Source: Alphaproteobacteria bacterium
Lineage (GTDB): Bacteria; Pseudomonadota; Alphaproteobacteria; CALKHQ01
Length of the DNA: 64,000 nucleotides
Reading direction: 5' to 3'
Assembly: GCA_041396705.1 (NCBI GenBank)
Contig: JAWKYB010000012.1
Coordinates: 933-64,932, forward strand
The notes beneath the pieces are model-generated. The model saw only the letters and a program-made list of their open reading frames with translations. It had not been told where the DNA came from and searched no databases. The position numbers and the translations under genes were made by a program. This document shows, one piece after another, positions 21,481 to 35,987 of this stretch (position 1 is the stretch's first letter; each line of letters begins with the position of its first letter).

Positions 21481-22977
21481 ATGCGGTCAGTGCAGCATTA
21501 CATCGGCGGCAAGCGGGTTGCGCTGAACGGCGGCCGTGTCGGCGACGTGTTCAACCCCGCCACCGGCGAGGTGCAGGCCCAGGTCGTGCTCGGCGCCGGG
21601 CCGGAGGTCGACGCCGCGGTCGAGGCCGCGCAAGCGGCATTCCCGCAATGGGCCGCCACGCCGCCGCTGCGCCGCGCACGGGTGATGTTCAAGTTCAAGG
21701 AGCTGCTGGAGCAGCACCGGGCCGAGCTCGGCGCCATCATCACCGCGGAGCACGGCAAGGTGCTGAGCGATGCCGACGGCGAGGTGACGCGCGGCCTGGA
21801 GGTGGTCGAGTTCGCCTGCGGCATTCCGCACCTGCTGAAGGGCGCCTACACCGAGAACGTCGGCACCGCGGTCGACAGCTGGGCGATGCGCCAGCCGCTT
21901 GGCGTCGTCGCCGGCATCACGCCGTTCAACTTCCCGGCGATGGTGCCGATGTGGATGTTCCCGGTGGCGATCGCCGCCGGCAACTGCTTCATCCTGAAGC
22001 CGTCGGAGCGCGACCCGTCGGCGTCGCTGATGCTGGCCGACCTGCTGAAGGAGGCCGGCCTGCCCGACGGCGTGTTCAACGTGGTGCACGGCGACAAGGC
22101 GGCGGTCGACGCGATCCTGACCCACCCCGGCATCGCGGCCGTCAGCTTCGTCGGGTCGACGCCGATCGCGAAATACATCTATGAGACCGGCTGTGCCCAC
22201 GGCAAGCGGGTGCAGGCGCTGGGCGGCGCCAAGAACCACATGGTGGTGATGCCCGACGCCGACATGGACCAGGCCACCGACGCGCTGATGGGCGCGGCCT
22301 ATGGCGCGGCGGGCGAGCGCTGCATGGCGATCTCGGTCGCCGTCGCGGTCGGCGAGCAGACCGGCGACCGGCTGATCTCGATGCTGAAGCCGCGGGTGCA
22401 GGGCCTGAAGGTCGGCGTCGGCACCGACCCGGAATCGGAAATGGGACCGCTGGTGACCCGGACCCACTTCGACAAGGTCACCGGCTACATCGACCTCGGC
22501 GTGGAGGAGGGGGCGGACCTCGTCGTCGACGGCCGTGGGCTCAAGCTGCAGGGTTACGAGAACGGCTATTTCATGGGAGGCAGCCTGTTCGACCGGGTCA
22601 CGCCGGACATGCGGATCTACAAGGAGGAGATCTTCGGGCCGGTGCTGTCGGTGGTGCGCGCCAAGGACTATGCCGAGGCGGTCGACCTGGTGAACGACCA
22701 CCAGTTCGGCAACGGTGCCGCCATCTTCACCCGCGACGGCGACAGCGCGCGCGATTTCGCCAACCGGGCCCGCATCGGCATGATCGGCGTCAACGTGCCG
22801 ATCCCGGTGCCGGTGGCCTATCACAGCTTCGGCGGCTGGAAAGATTCGCTGTTCGGCGACCACCACATGCACGGCGAGGAGGGCGTGCGCTTCTTCACCA
22901 AGCTGAAGACGATCACCTCGCGCTGGCCGACGGGCATCCGCGCCGGCGCGGAGTTCGTCATGCCGACCATGAAGTAG
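21481..22977 (+). CDS. mmsA: CoA-acylating methylmalonate-semialdehyde dehydrogenase
   Basis: 498 aa. ALDH superfamily with the MmsA-specific N-terminus (HYIGGKRV...), catalytic Cys region ([11 protein letters not shown]), [14 protein letters not shown]. Confidence 0.9.
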   Translation: MRSVQHYIGGKRVALNGGRVGDVFNPATGEVQAQVVLGAGPEVDAAVEAAQAAFPQWAATPPLRRARVMFKFKELLEQHRAELGAIITAEHGKVLSDADGEVTRGLEVVEFACGIPHLLKGAYTENVGTAVDSWAMRQPLGVVAGITPFNFPAMVPMWMFPVAIAAGNCFILKPSERDPSASLMLADLLKEAGLPDGVFNVVHGDKAAVDAILTHPGIAAVSFVGSTPIAKYIYETGCAHGKRVQALGGAKNHMVVMPDADMDQATDALMGAAYGAAGERCMAISVAVAVGEQTGDRLISMLKPRVQGLKVGVGTDPESEMGPLVTRTHFDKVTGYIDLGVEEGADLVVDGRGLKLQGYENGYFMGGSLFDRVTPDMRIYKEEIFGPVLSVVRAKDYAEAVDLVNDHQFGNGAAIFTRDGDSARDFANRARIGMIGVNVPIPVPVAYHSFGGWKDSLFGDHHMHGEEGVRFFTKLKTITSRWPTGIRAGAEFVMPTMK

Positions 22978-22982
22978 CGCCC

Positions 22983-24044
22983 GTGCGCCGGGTCCCGCTG
23001 CCCACGTTGTCCGCGCTGTACGTCGCCGGCGCCGCATCCGCGGCCTCGGCGCAGCAGCCGGATTTCGCCTTCTCGGTCGACCCCTGGGCCGGATCGGCAT
23101 TCTATGCGGCGGAATCGCAAAGCTTCAGCCACTGCATGATGGCCGCCCAGTTCGACCGCCAGATGTCGCTGGTGGTGGCGCTGGACGGGGGCGGCGGGGT
23201 TTCGCTCGGCGTGCGCAACCCCCGCTGGGCGCTGTCGCTGGCCGAGCAGCAGCCGATGGGCTTCCGGCTCGGCGGTAACAGCAGCTACGACGAGACCGCG
23301 ACCGCGGTCGATTCCACCCTGCTGCTGGTGCGCTTCGCCGACGGCGACGCCATCCTCGCCGAACTGGCGCAGGCGCCGGCGATCTCGGTGACCCAGGGCA
23401 GCCAGAATTTTCAGTTCGTCATCGTCAACGGGCCGGCAGCCATCGCCGCGCTGAAAGACTGCACGGTGGCGGCGCGCATCGGCGTGTCTGTCGAGCCGGT
23501 CGCAGTGGCGGACGAGGAGCCGGCGGCCGGCGCCATCGCGGATCCCGACGCCGACCCGCGCGACCGCACCATCCTGGTCGACCCGATCACGCTCGACCAG
23601 ACGGTCGCGCGCAGCTTCCTCGGCGCGGCCGGCCTCGACGATTTCGCCCTGCTGACGCCGGAGGAGCTGGACGACTTCCTGGGCGACGCCCGCGCCGCCT
23701 GGACCGACGGTGCCGTCTACGGCGCGCTTTACACCATCGCCCCGCGCGAGCGGCGCCTCGACCGCGCGATCGAGCGTATCCTCGCCGTGTTCACCGAAGG
23801 GTGCGGCGGCGAATACACCACCAGCCCGCTGGTCGAGCCGGGGGCGGGCGACGACATCCAGCGCCGCGCGGCATCGTGCGACGAGGACCAGCTCGGCATG
23901 CTGTTCCGGGTCTCGGCGCTGAACGGCGAATCGGGCACACTGGTCATTATCCACGCCGCGCTGCGCGAGGAGGCGGCCGAACTGGCCGACGTCGACGACC
24001 GCCTGATCGCGGCGATCCGGCGGGGCCAGATCGCGGTGCAATAG
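22983..24044 (+). CDS. secreted hypothetical protein (353 aa)
   Basis: GTG start 6 nt after mmsA. Signal peptide (LSALYVAGAASAASAQQ). Acidic C-terminal half. No family recognised. Confidence 0.55.
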   Translation: MRRVPLPTLSALYVAGAASAASAQQPDFAFSVDPWAGSAFYAAESQSFSHCMMAAQFDRQMSLVVALDGGGGVSLGVRNPRWALSLAEQQPMGFRLGGNSSYDETATAVDSTLLLVRFADGDAILAELAQAPAISVTQGSQNFQFVIVNGPAAIAALKDCTVAARIGVSVEPVAVADEEPAAGAIADPDADPRDRTILVDPITLDQTVARSFLGAAGLDDFALLTPEELDDFLGDARAAWTDGAVYGALYTIAPRERRLDRAIERILAVFTEGCGGEYTTSPLVEPGAGDDIQRRAASCDEDQLGMLFRVSALNGESGTLVIIHAALREEAAELADVDDRLIAAIRRGQIAVQ

Positions 24045-24073
24045 CGCGGCGCGCGGCGGGTCGGGCGGCAGCC

Positions 24074-25534
24074 ATGGCCGACGAACTGCTCAGCATCGGC
24101 GAGATGTATGCCGCCGACGCCGCGGCGATCGCAGGCGGCATCGACGGCATCGCGCTGATGGAGAATGCCGGCCGCGCGGTCGCCGATGCGATCTGCTTGC
24201 GCTGGGGAGCCCGCCGCACAGGATGACGGTGCGGCCCGGGCAACAACGGCGGCGACGGCTTCGTCGTCGCCCGGCTTCTGCGGCGGCGGGGCTGGCCGGT
24301 CACGCTTTGCCTGCTCGGCGCGCGCGATGCGCTGAAGGGCGACGCGGCGCATCATGCGGCGCTGTGGGACGGGCCGGTCGAGCCGCTGCGGGCCAACAGC
24401 GCGGCGGCGGCGGAGCTGGTGGTCGACGCGGTGTTCGGCGCCGGGCTGAAGGGGGCCGTGACCGGCGTGGTGCGCGAGGCGCTGGAAGGCGTGCCGCGCG
24501 ACGCCGCCACGGTCGCCGTGGACGTGCCGTCGGGGATCAGCGGCGACAGCGGCTGGGTGCTCGGCTACGCCCGCGCGGCCGACCTGACGGTGACCTTCTT
24601 CCGGCCCAAGCCGGGACACCTGCTGATGCCGGGCAGGGCGTTCGCGGGCGAACTGGTGGTCGCCGAGATCGGCATCCCTGCCGCGGTCCTGCATGGGGTC
24701 GGACCGCGGACCTGGCGCAACGGCGGCTGGCTGTGGGGGCGCCACCGGCCCGCCCTGCGCGCCGACGGGCACAAGTTCGACCGCGGACAGGTCGGGGTGG
24801 TCGGCGGGACCGAAATGACCGGCGCCGCCCGGCTGGCCGGCCGTGCCGCGCTGCACGCCGGCGCCGGCCTGGTCACGGTGCTCAGCCCGCCGGAGCGGGC
24901 CGCCACCTATCGTAACGACCTGGCCGGCCTGATCGTGCGCGAGGCCGCGGGCCCGGAGGCGATCGCCGCCTGGTTCGACGAGCCGCGCCGCAAGACCGCG
25001 GTGGTCGGGCCCGGTCTCGGCCGCGACGCGGCCGCGCGCGCGACGGTTTCCGCCGTGCTCGCCGCCGGCTGCGCGACCGTGGTCGACGCCGACGGCCTGT
25101 CGTGTTTCGCCGGCGCCGCGCCGGCGTTCGCCGGCCTGGTGCGGGCGGATTGCGTCGTCACCCCGCACGAGGGCGAATATGCCCGACTGTTCGGCGACCG
25201 GCCGGGCGCCGGCAAGCTGGACCGTGCGCGCGAGGCGGCGGCGTTCCTGGGCGCGGTCGTGGTCCTCAAGGGCCCGGACACCGTAATTGCAGCGCCGGAC
25301 GGTCGCGCGGCGATCAACGCCGACGCGCCGGCGGCGCTGGCCGTGGCCGGTAGCGGCGACGTGCTGAGCGGCATCGTCGGCGCGGCCATGGCCACGGGCC
25401 TGCCGGCGTTCGAGGCCGCGGCGCTGGCCGTCTCGTGCCATTCTCGCGCCGGACACGCCATGACGCGCAGCAGCGCCGATGCGCTGGCGGACGCGGTCGC
25501 GCCGCTGTGGGAGATGCCGCGCGGCGCCGGTTGA
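24074..25534 (+). pseudogene. nnr: bifunctional NAD(P)H-hydrate repair enzyme Nnr (YjeF_N epimerase + YjeF_C dehydratase) interrupted by an in-frame TGA at 24224-24226
   Basis: The N-terminal ORF (MADELLSIGEMYAADAAAIAGGIDGIALMENAGRAV...) and the 24419-25534 ORF are in the same frame. Only a single TGA separates them: ...RRTG*RCGPGNNGGDGFVVARLL... The dehydratase half is intact. Confidence 0.7.
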
Positions 25535-25649
25535 TACATGCCGTCACCCGGGCTCGCTTGACCCCGCTCGACCTGTTCCTATAGGAAGACCGGCGGCTCG
25601 CGGCCGAATTCTCCTCGGCCGCGCGCCGACGCCAATTGCCGCGGAATGC

Positions 25650-25734
<85 letters not shown>

Positions 25735-25809
25735 GCCGAAGCGACCCGATATCGAACGCCAGACCCGATCGCGAACAGCATCGGCCGACGCCGAGAAGGA
25801 CAAAAGACA

Positions 25810-27243
25810 ATGCAGGTTACGGAGACCGTCAACGAGGGGCTCAAGCGCGAGTTCAAGATCGTCCTGACGGCCGGGGAGGTCGGCCAGCGCATCGAGACGC
25901 GGCTGAACGAGCTGTCGCAGACCGCGCAATTGCCCGGCTTCCGCCGCGGCAAGGTGCCGACGGCGCTGCTGCGCAAGCGTTTCGGCCAGTCGCTGTTCGC
26001 CGAGGAGGTGCAGAACGCGGTGCGCGACAGCGTGCGCGACACCATCGAGGAGCACAAGCTGCGCCCCGCGCTGGAACCGAAGATCGACGTCCAGAAGCTG
26101 GAGCCGGAGCAGGACGTCGAGTTCACCATCGCGCTTGAGAATCTGCCCGAGATCGATGCGCCGAAGCTCGACGACCTCAAGCTCGAGCGGCTGACCGCCG
26201 AGGTCAGCGACGGCGCGGTCGACGAGGCGCTGGGCCGCATCGCCCAGCAGCAGCGACGCACCGAGCCGGTGAGCGAGGACCGGCCGTCGGCCGAGGGCGA
26301 CGTGCTGGTCATCAACTACAGCGGCTCGATCGACGGCGTCGCATTCGCTGGCGGCACCGCGGAAAATGTCAGTGTGCAGCTCGGCTCCAGCGGCCTGCTG
26401 CCGGAGTTCGACCAGAACCTGATCGGCCTGAAGGCCGGCACCCAGACCACCTTCGACGTGGCCTTCCCGGCCGACTATCCGTCGCCGGAGGTGGCCGGCA
26501 AGACGGCGCAGTTCGACGTCACCATCAACGAGCTGCGCGCCCGGGTCGACGTGCCGATCGACGAGGATTTCGCCAAGTCGCTGGGCGCGGAAAGCCTGGA
26601 GGCGCTGCGCACCACCATCCGCGACCAGCTGACCCGCGAATACCGCACCATGGGCCGCAGCAAGATGAAGCGCGACCTGCTTGACATCCTGGCCGAGCGC
26701 CACAGCTTCGACGTGCCGCCGACGATGGTGGACATGGAGTTCGGTCAGATCTGGCAGCAGGTCGAGCAGGCGCGGGAGCGCGGCGAGGTTGACGACGAGG
26801 ACAAGGACAAGTCCGAGGACCAGCTGCGCGACGAGTACCGCGCCATCGCCGAGCGGCGCGTGCGGCTGGGTCTGCTGCTGTCCGACATCGGCACCAAGAA
26901 CCAGATCACGGTCAGCGACGAGGAGCTGATGCGCGCCGTGGTCGCCGAGGCGCGGCGCTATCCGGGCCAGGAGCAGAAGGTGTTCGAGTTCTACCAGAAG
27001 CAGCCCCAGGCCCAGCAGGCCCTGCGCGGCCCGATCTTCGAGGACAAGGTGGTGGATTATCTGATCGACCGCGCCCAGGTCAGCGAGAAGACGGTCAGCT
27101 TCGACGAGCTCGCCGCCGCGGCGATCAGCCTGCCGGGGGCGATGGACGAGGCCGCCAACGTGCACGCCCATGACCACGATCATGACCACGATCATGATCA
27201 TGACCATGATCACGATCACGATCACGGGCATCACCACGGGTGA
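25810..27243 (+). CDS. tig: trigger factor (ribosome-associated PPIase chaperone) with C-terminal His/Asp repeat tail
   Basis: ATG at 25810 (MQVTETVNEGLKREFKIVL...). FKBP-type middle domain. Ends HAHDHDHDHDHDHDHDHDHGHHHG. Confidence 0.9.
   Translation: MQVTETVNEGLKREFKIVLTAGEVGQRIETRLNELSQTAQLPGFRRGKVPTALLRKRFGQSLFAEEVQNAVRDSVRDTIEEHKLRPALEPKIDVQKLEPEQDVEFTIALENLPEIDAPKLDDLKLERLTAEVSDGAVDEALGRIAQQQRRTEPVSEDRPSAEGDVLVINYSGSIDGVAFAGGTAENVSVQLGSSGLLPEFDQNLIGLKAGTQTTFDVAFPADYPSPEVAGKTAQFDVTINELRARVDVPIDEDFAKSLGAESLEALRTTIRDQLTREYRTMGRSKMKRDLLDILAERHSFDVPPTMVDMEFGQIWQQVEQARERGEVDDEDKDKSEDQLRDEYRAIAERRVRLGLLLSDIGTKNQITVSDEELMRAVVAEARRYPGQEQKVFEFYQKQPQAQQALRGPIFEDKVVDYLIDRAQVSEKTVSFDELAAAAISLPGAMDEAANVHAHDHDHDHDHDHDHDHDHDHGHHHG
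27166..27240 (+). repeat. (GAYCAY)n microsatellite encoding the (His-Asp)n tail of trigger factor
   Basis: gaccacgatcatgaccacgatcatgatcatgaccatgatcacgatcacgatcac, about 11 units in frame. Confidence 0.7.
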
Positions 27244-27297
27244 GGGGCTTTTTCATTTACGGTTCCGCGCTAGGCTGAAGCGCATTCCCGAGTCGTT

Positions 27298-27963
27298 TTG
27301 AAAGGCAAGGCCGTGTTCGACCCACGCGAGATGTACATGAATACCCTGGTGCCGATGGTGGTCGAGCAGACCAGCCGCGGCGAGCGGGCCTTCGACATCT
27401 ATTCGCGGCTGCTGAAGGAACGGATCATCTTCATCACCGACGGCATCAACGACACGGTCGCCAGCCTGGTCTGCGCCCAGCTGCTGTTCCTTGAGGCGGA
27501 GAATCCGAACAAGGACATCGCCATGTACATCAATTCGCCGGGCGGCATCGTCACGTCCGGCATGGCGATCTACGACACCATGCAGTACATCCGGCCCGAG
27601 GTGTCGACGGTCTGCATGGGCCAGGCGGCGTCGATGGGCTCGCTGCTGCTGGCGTCGGGTGCAGCCGGCAAGCGCTTCGCCCTGCCCAATGCGCGGGTGA
27701 TGGTGCACCAGCCGTCGGGCGGCTATCAGGGCCAGGCCACGGATATCGAGATCCATGCCAAGGAAATCCTGGCAACGCGCGAGCGCCTGAACCAGATCTA
27801 TGTCAAGCACACCGGCCAGACGTTGAAGAAGATCGAGGACGCGATGGAACGCGACAAGTTCTATACGCCCGAGGAGGCGGTCGCGTTCGGCCTGATCGAC
27901 GAGGTGGTGGCGCAGCGGCAGGTGCCGGAGGGCAAGGGCGCGGAAGGCGCGTCCAAGGCGTGA
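27298..27963 (+). CDS. clpP: ATP-dependent Clp protease proteolytic subunit ClpP
   Basis: Catalytic triad context ([19 protein letters not shown]). N-terminal [25 protein letters not shown]. Start may instead be the internal Met (MYMN.../MNTL...). Confidence 0.95.
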   Translation: MKGKAVFDPREMYMNTLVPMVVEQTSRGERAFDIYSRLLKERIIFITDGINDTVASLVCAQLLFLEAENPNKDIAMYINSPGGIVTSGMAIYDTMQYIRPEVSTVCMGQAASMGSLLLASGAAGKRFALPNARVMVHQPSGGYQGQATDIEIHAKEILATRERLNQIYVKHTGQTLKKIEDAMERDKFYTPEEAVAFGLIDEVVAQRQVPEGKGAEGASKA

Positions 27964-28143
27964 CCGGGGCGATTAACCCCATCTTGATGCCAAAGTGCTA
28001 CGGTTGAGCTACGACCGGGTTGCGCTGTACGGTGCTTTGCCGCAGGTTGCAATGTTGCATGGTCCGGTGCGCTGCGCCGAAGCTGCATCGGGACCACCGG
28101 CCGGGGCGACGACCCGGAGGATGGTGGCGGAACTGGAGCGGAT

Positions 28144-29406
<1,263 letters not shown>

Positions 29407-29581
29407 CGCCTTCGCCTGCCGCGGCCCGGGGTTGATCCCTCCCCGGGCCGGCACCATGTTTGCAGGGCTCGGGCCTCAGGGCCCGGCGTGTCGCGCCGAA
29501 CTGGTGCGAGGGCCGGCCACGGCCCAATCCGGCGCCTGCGCCCGACGGGGGCTCCCGCACGGGCGCGCAGATCGAGGAATC

Positions 29582-31993
<2,412 letters not shown>

Positions 31994-32138
31994 GCGTGCG
32001 GCGCCGGAACTCCGCCGGATTTCGCTGCCGCGCGGCCGAGTGCGAATTGACGCTATTCGGTGCGCTCAGTAGAGTGCGGGGCCCGGGTGACAGGGTTGCG
32101 ACGTTTCACGGACACATAATAGGAGGGGAGACCGCCTC

Positions 32139-32411
32139 GTGAACAAGAATGACTTGATTGCCTCCGTCGCCGAGAGTGGCGGGATGACACGCGCGGACGC
32201 GACGCGAGCGGTCGATGCGGTGTTTGACTCGATCACCGCCGCCCTGAAGAAGGGCGAGGAAGTCCGGCTCGTCGGGTTCGGCAGCTTCGCGGTGTCGAAG
32301 CGGGCGGCGAGCCAGGGCCGGAATCCGCGCACCGGCGAGCCGATCAAGATCCCGGCCTCCAAGCAGGCGAAGTTCAAGGCTGGCAAGGCCCTCAAAGACG
32401 CCCTGAACTAA
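32139..32411 (+). CDS. DNA-binding protein HU
   Basis: 90 aa (MNKNDLIASVAESGGMTRADATRAVDAVFDSI...RNPRTGEPIKIPASKQAKFKAGKALK). GTG start. Confidence 0.9.
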   Translation: MNKNDLIASVAESGGMTRADATRAVDAVFDSITAALKKGEEVRLVGFGSFAVSKRAASQGRNPRTGEPIKIPASKQAKFKAGKALKDALN

Positions 32412-32496
32412 GCTCTTCAAGTCCTGACCAATACGCCGGCGGCCGCAGCAGCCGGCGTATTGGATTCCGGGTCCCAGCTCGCGCGATGCGATGGCA

Positions 32497-32572
32497 GGGC
32501 GGTTAGCTCAGCTGGCAGAGCATCTCGTTTACACCGAGAGGGTCGGCGGTTCGATCCCGTCACCGCCCACCA
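32497..32572 (+). tRNA. tRNA-Val (anticodon TAC)
   Basis: 76 nt. GGGCGGTTAGCTCAGCTGGCAGAGC... Anticodon loop CTCG-TTTACAC-CGAG. T-arm GGTTCGATCC. Encoded CCA. Confidence 0.85.
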
Positions 32573-32651
32573 TGCCGCACCGCGCCGGGGCGCCGGCGGC
32601 CGGGCGGTAGAGCCCGCGCCTGTCTGACACGCCGTTGCGCCGGGCCCGGCG

Positions 32652-33566
32652 GTGCCGTATTCAGGCATCATGCGCACATCAGTCAGCCACGATTCGTGGT
32701 CGCCGCGCCGGCCGTTCGGCCGGGTCGCGGCGTTGGCCCTGCCCGCAATCCTCGCCATGGCCTGCTGGGCCACCGGCGCACGCGCCGACCGTCCAGGCGA
32801 CGAAGCGGAATGGGGTGCGGTCGCACAGCCGTCGAGCGGCCCGACCCACGTCATCGGCACCTACAGCAACGGCTGCATCGACGGGGCCGTCAGCCTGCCG
32901 CTCGATGGGGTAGGCTACTCGGTGATCAGGCCGCAGCGGAACCGCTATTGGGGCCACCCGTCGATGATCGCCTTCATCCAGAACCTTGGCTTCGCCATGG
33001 TCGGCAACGGCCTCGGCGTGCTGATGGTCGCCGACATCGGCCAGCCGCGCGGCGGACCGATCACCGGCCATGCCAGCCACGAGCTGGGCCTGGATGCCGA
33101 CATCTGGTTGCAGCTGCTGCCGGCGAACCTGCTGGCGATGGACGTGTCGTTGCGCACCGACCCGGTCTCCCGTTCCGCCGTGCTGCCCGGCACCACCCAG
33201 ATCGACCGCAGCTTCTGGTCGCCGGCCCATGTCGAGATGTACCGGCTGGCCGCGACCAACCCCTATGTCGACCGCATCTTCGCCAATGCGGTGATCAAGC
33301 GCGAGCTGTGCGAAACCGTGACCGGCGACCGCTCCTGGCTGGCAAAGATCCGGCCGTGGTACGGCCACGACGAGCACATGCACGTCCGGCTGGTCTGTCC
33401 GCCGGACAGCCCGGAGTGCCGCCCGCAGGCGCCGCTTCCGGCCGGCGACGGCTGCGGCGACGACCTGGCCTGGTGGTTCACCGATGGCCCGAACCAGCCG
33501 AGCACCGAGCCGGCGCCGCCACCGCCGCCGTTGCCGGCCAGCTGCATGCAGGTGCTGGCGCGTTAG
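32652..33566 (+). CDS. mepA: penicillin-insensitive murein endopeptidase MepA (peptidase M74)
   Basis: Signal peptide, then the M74 signature (GHASHELGLDADIWL; HDEHMHVRLVCP). Start could be the internal Met at 32670. Confidence 0.8.
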   Translation: MPYSGIMRTSVSHDSWSPRRPFGRVAALALPAILAMACWATGARADRPGDEAEWGAVAQPSSGPTHVIGTYSNGCIDGAVSLPLDGVGYSVIRPQRNRYWGHPSMIAFIQNLGFAMVGNGLGVLMVADIGQPRGGPITGHASHELGLDADIWLQLLPANLLAMDVSLRTDPVSRSAVLPGTTQIDRSFWSPAHVEMYRLAATNPYVDRIFANAVIKRELCETVTGDRSWLAKIRPWYGHDEHMHVRLVCPPDSPECRPQAPLPAGDGCGDDLAWWFTDGPNQPSTEPAPPPPPLPASCMQVLAR

Positions 33567-33600
33567 CGGTCCATCCGCTGGCAGGCCGGCCCGGGGTCGC

Positions 33601-35271
33601 TCAGGCGCTGCGGCGGCGGATCGCGGCCAGCGCTTCCGGGGTGTCGACGTCCATGAGAATGCCCGGGTCGTCGGTGCCGACCTCGCAGATCAGCTCGGCA
33701 TAGTCTGCCAGGATCTGGCGGCCGCCGCTGTCGCCGCGCACCTGTGCCAGGTCGTCGAAGAAACGCCGCCCCCACAGCACGGGGTTGCCGCGCCGGCCGT
33801 TGAAGGTCGGGATGCAGATCGCGCGGCCCTCAGCCGGGTTGAACGCGGCGATCAGCCGGTCCAGCGTGTCGCTGCGGATGTCCGGCATGTCGCCGAGCTG
33901 GACCAGGGCGCCGTCGGCCTCGGCCGAGACGATGCCCAGCCCGGTGCGGACAGAGGTGCTGAGCCCCTGGGCGAAGTCGGGGTTGTGCACCAGCTTCACC
34001 GGCAAGCCCGCCAGCGCGTCGGCCACGGCCGCATGCTCGTGACCGGTCACCGCCACCACCTCGGAAACGCCGCTCGCACACACCGTTTCCGCGACGCGCC
34101 GCACCATCGCAACGCCATCGAGCGGCGCCAGCAGCTTGTTCTCCGCGCCCATCCGGCGCGACTGGCCGGCGGCCAGCACGACGGCCGCGATCCGCGGCGC
34201 ATGCGGGGCCTTCACCACCGCCGCCTCGCTTTCCTCAACCGCCTTGTCGCGCGGCTGCGGACGGCTCGCGATCTCCTTCAGCAGGCCGCCGACCCCCATG
34301 GCCATGATGTCGGTGCGCCGCACCGGGACCCGCGCGATCAGTCGCTGCAGCACCCAGTCGAAGCCGTTCAGCTTGGGCGAGCGGGCACAGCCTGGCAGGC
34401 CGAGCACCGGCACGTCGCGGTCGGTCCGGGTGAGCGCGCCGACCAGCATCAGGTTGCCCGGGTCGACCGGCATGCCGAAATGCTCGATGCGGCCGCCGGC
34501 GGCCTCGATCGCGGCCGGCAGCGTGTCGCGTCGGTCGACGATGGCCGACGCGCCGGCGATCAGCACAATGTCGGGGCCGGCCGCCAGCGCCTGGTCCAGG
34601 GCCGCCGCCAGTGCCGCCGCGTCGTGGGCGCAGCGCAGGTCGGGCTCGATCAGGCTGCTGTCGGCCGCCGCCAGCCGGTCGCGGGTGACCGCCACGGTGT
34701 TGTCGAGGATCGATTCCTTCATCCCGTCGATCCGGGTCTGGATCAGGGCCGCCCGGGTCGGCACGAACCGCGCCAGCCGCGCCAGCGCTCCGCCCTCGCC
34801 GGCAATCGCGATTGCACGCTGCAGCGCGGCGCCGTCGGCGGCCAACGGGATGATCTTGACGGTCGCCGCCATCCGCCGGGGTTCGACGGCGTCGAAGGCG
34901 GGCAGGGTGGCGATGGTGATCGCCTCGTCGAGCTGGTTGATCCGGTCGACGCGCGCCGCGTCGAGCAACAGCAGCCCACGCCCCTCGGCAACCAGGTTGC
35001 AGCGGCCGGTGAACGGCGCCGTCACCGCCAAGCCTTCGCCGGCACAGGCTTCCGCCAGCCGGCGCGCGGCCTCGTCCTCGTGCACGTCCCCCGGGTCGAG
35101 CCGGGCCGCGATCACTTGCGCGATGCCGGCGGCGCGCAGTGCCGCGATATCGTCGGCGCCGAGCCGGCGCCCCTTCTTGAAGATGCGCGGTTTGCCGGCC
35201 GTCGCGACGCGCACGGAGTGGGCGAGATAGGCGCCCCCGGCGTCGTCGAGCGCGACCGGCCCGAATCTCAC
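33601..35271 (-). CDS. molybdopterin-binding (MoaB/MogA-like) / MobA-like nucleotidyltransferase fusion protein (CoxF/MocA-type molybdenum cofactor cytidylyltransferase family)
   Basis: GTG start at 35271 overlaps the XdhC stop (GTGA). N-terminal MoCF-biosynthesis domain (GMPVDPGNLMLVGAL...DVPVLGLPGCARSP). C-terminal MobA-like NTP-transferase (AAVVLAAGQSRRMGAENKLL). The 841-aa track ORF is over-extended. Confidence 0.8.
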   Translation of the reverse strand: MRFGPVALDDAGGAYLAHSVRVATAGKPRIFKKGRRLGADDIAALRAAGIAQVIAARLDPGDVHEDEAARRLAEACAGEGLAVTAPFTGRCNLVAEGRGLLLLDAARVDRINQLDEAITIATLPAFDAVEPRRMAATVKIIPLAADGAALQRAIAIAGEGGALARLARFVPTRAALIQTRIDGMKESILDNTVAVTRDRLAAADSSLIEPDLRCAHDAAALAAALDQALAAGPDIVLIAGASAIVDRRDTLPAAIEAAGGRIEHFGMPVDPGNLMLVGALTRTDRDVPVLGLPGCARSPKLNGFDWVLQRLIARVPVRRTDIMAMGVGGLLKEIASRPQPRDKAVEESEAAVVKAPHAPRIAAVVLAAGQSRRMGAENKLLAPLDGVAMVRRVAETVCASGVSEVVAVTGHEHAAVADALAGLPVKLVHNPDFAQGLSTSVRTGLGIVSAEADGALVQLGDMPDIRSDTLDRLIAAFNPAEGRAICIPTFNGRRGNPVLWGRRFFDDLAQVRGDSGGRQILADYAELICEVGTDDPGILMDVDTPEALAAIRRRSA

Positions 35272-35987
35272 GCCGCGGCGTCCCGCGCAGGCGGGTCGCT
35301 GCGCAGCGCGGCTGTGATCTCGGCCAGGATCGAGATCGCGATCTCCTGCGGCGACGCCGCACCGATATTCAGTCCGACCGGGCCGTGGATGCGCGCCAGC
35401 GCCGCCTCGCCATGGCCCAGCGTGCGCAGCCGCTCGACCCGCTTGGCATGGGTCTTCCGGCTGCCGAGCGCACCGATGTAGAACGCCTGCGAGCGCAACG
35501 CGGCGTCGAGCGCGGGGTCGTCCAGCTTGGGGTCGTGGGTCAGGGTGACGATGGCGGTGCGGCTGTCCAGCCCCAGGCCGGCGATCGCGTCGTCCGGCCA
35601 GTCGGTGCACAGGCTGACGCCCGGGAAGCGGTCGGCGGTGGCGAAGGACCCGCGCGGGTCGACCACCGTGACGTCGTAGCCGGCCATTGCCGCCATCGGC
35701 GCCAGCGGCTGGGCGATATGCACCGCACCGACCAGCACCAGCCGCAGCGGCGGTGCCCACACCTGGATGAAGAGCTCGCGGTCCTCGGGCGCCTCGACGC
35801 CGCTCTTGTCGTCGCGCTGGTGGTGGGCGACGGCCGTGCGCTCGGCGGCCGTCAGCGTGAGCGCGCCGGCCAGCGCATCGGGCCGCTCGCCCCAGGCCTG
35901 CGCGCCGCCTTCCAGCGCGGTGACGATGACGAAGCTGCGCTTGCCCGCGCGTGCCGACCGCAGGGCCGCCAGCGTCTCGGCCTTCAT
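35268..35987 (-). CDS. XdhC/CoxI family protein, C-terminal (Rossmann-like) half
   Basis: MKAETLAALRSARAG... then RLVLVGAVHIAQPLAPMAAMAGYDVTVVDPR (XdhC_C). Its ATG overlaps the stop of the N-terminal-half ORF (ATGA), in a different frame. Confidence 0.7.
   Translation of the reverse strand: MKAETLAALRSARAGKRSFVIVTALEGGAQAWGERPDALAGALTLTAAERTAVAHHQRDDKSGVEAPEDRELFIQVWAPPLRLVLVGAVHIAQPLAPMAAMAGYDVTVVDPRGSFATADRFPGVSLCTDWPDDAIAGLGLDSRTAIVTLTHDPKLDDPALDAALRSQAFYIGALGSRKTHAKRVERLRTLGHGEAALARIHGPVGLNIGAASPQEIAISILAEITAALRSDPPARDAAA

Noticed and set aside
24224-24226. TGA inside nnr read as selenocysteine
   Set aside because: Nnr is not a selenoprotein. No SECIS-like hairpin follows the TGA. The position does not correspond to a catalytic Cys.
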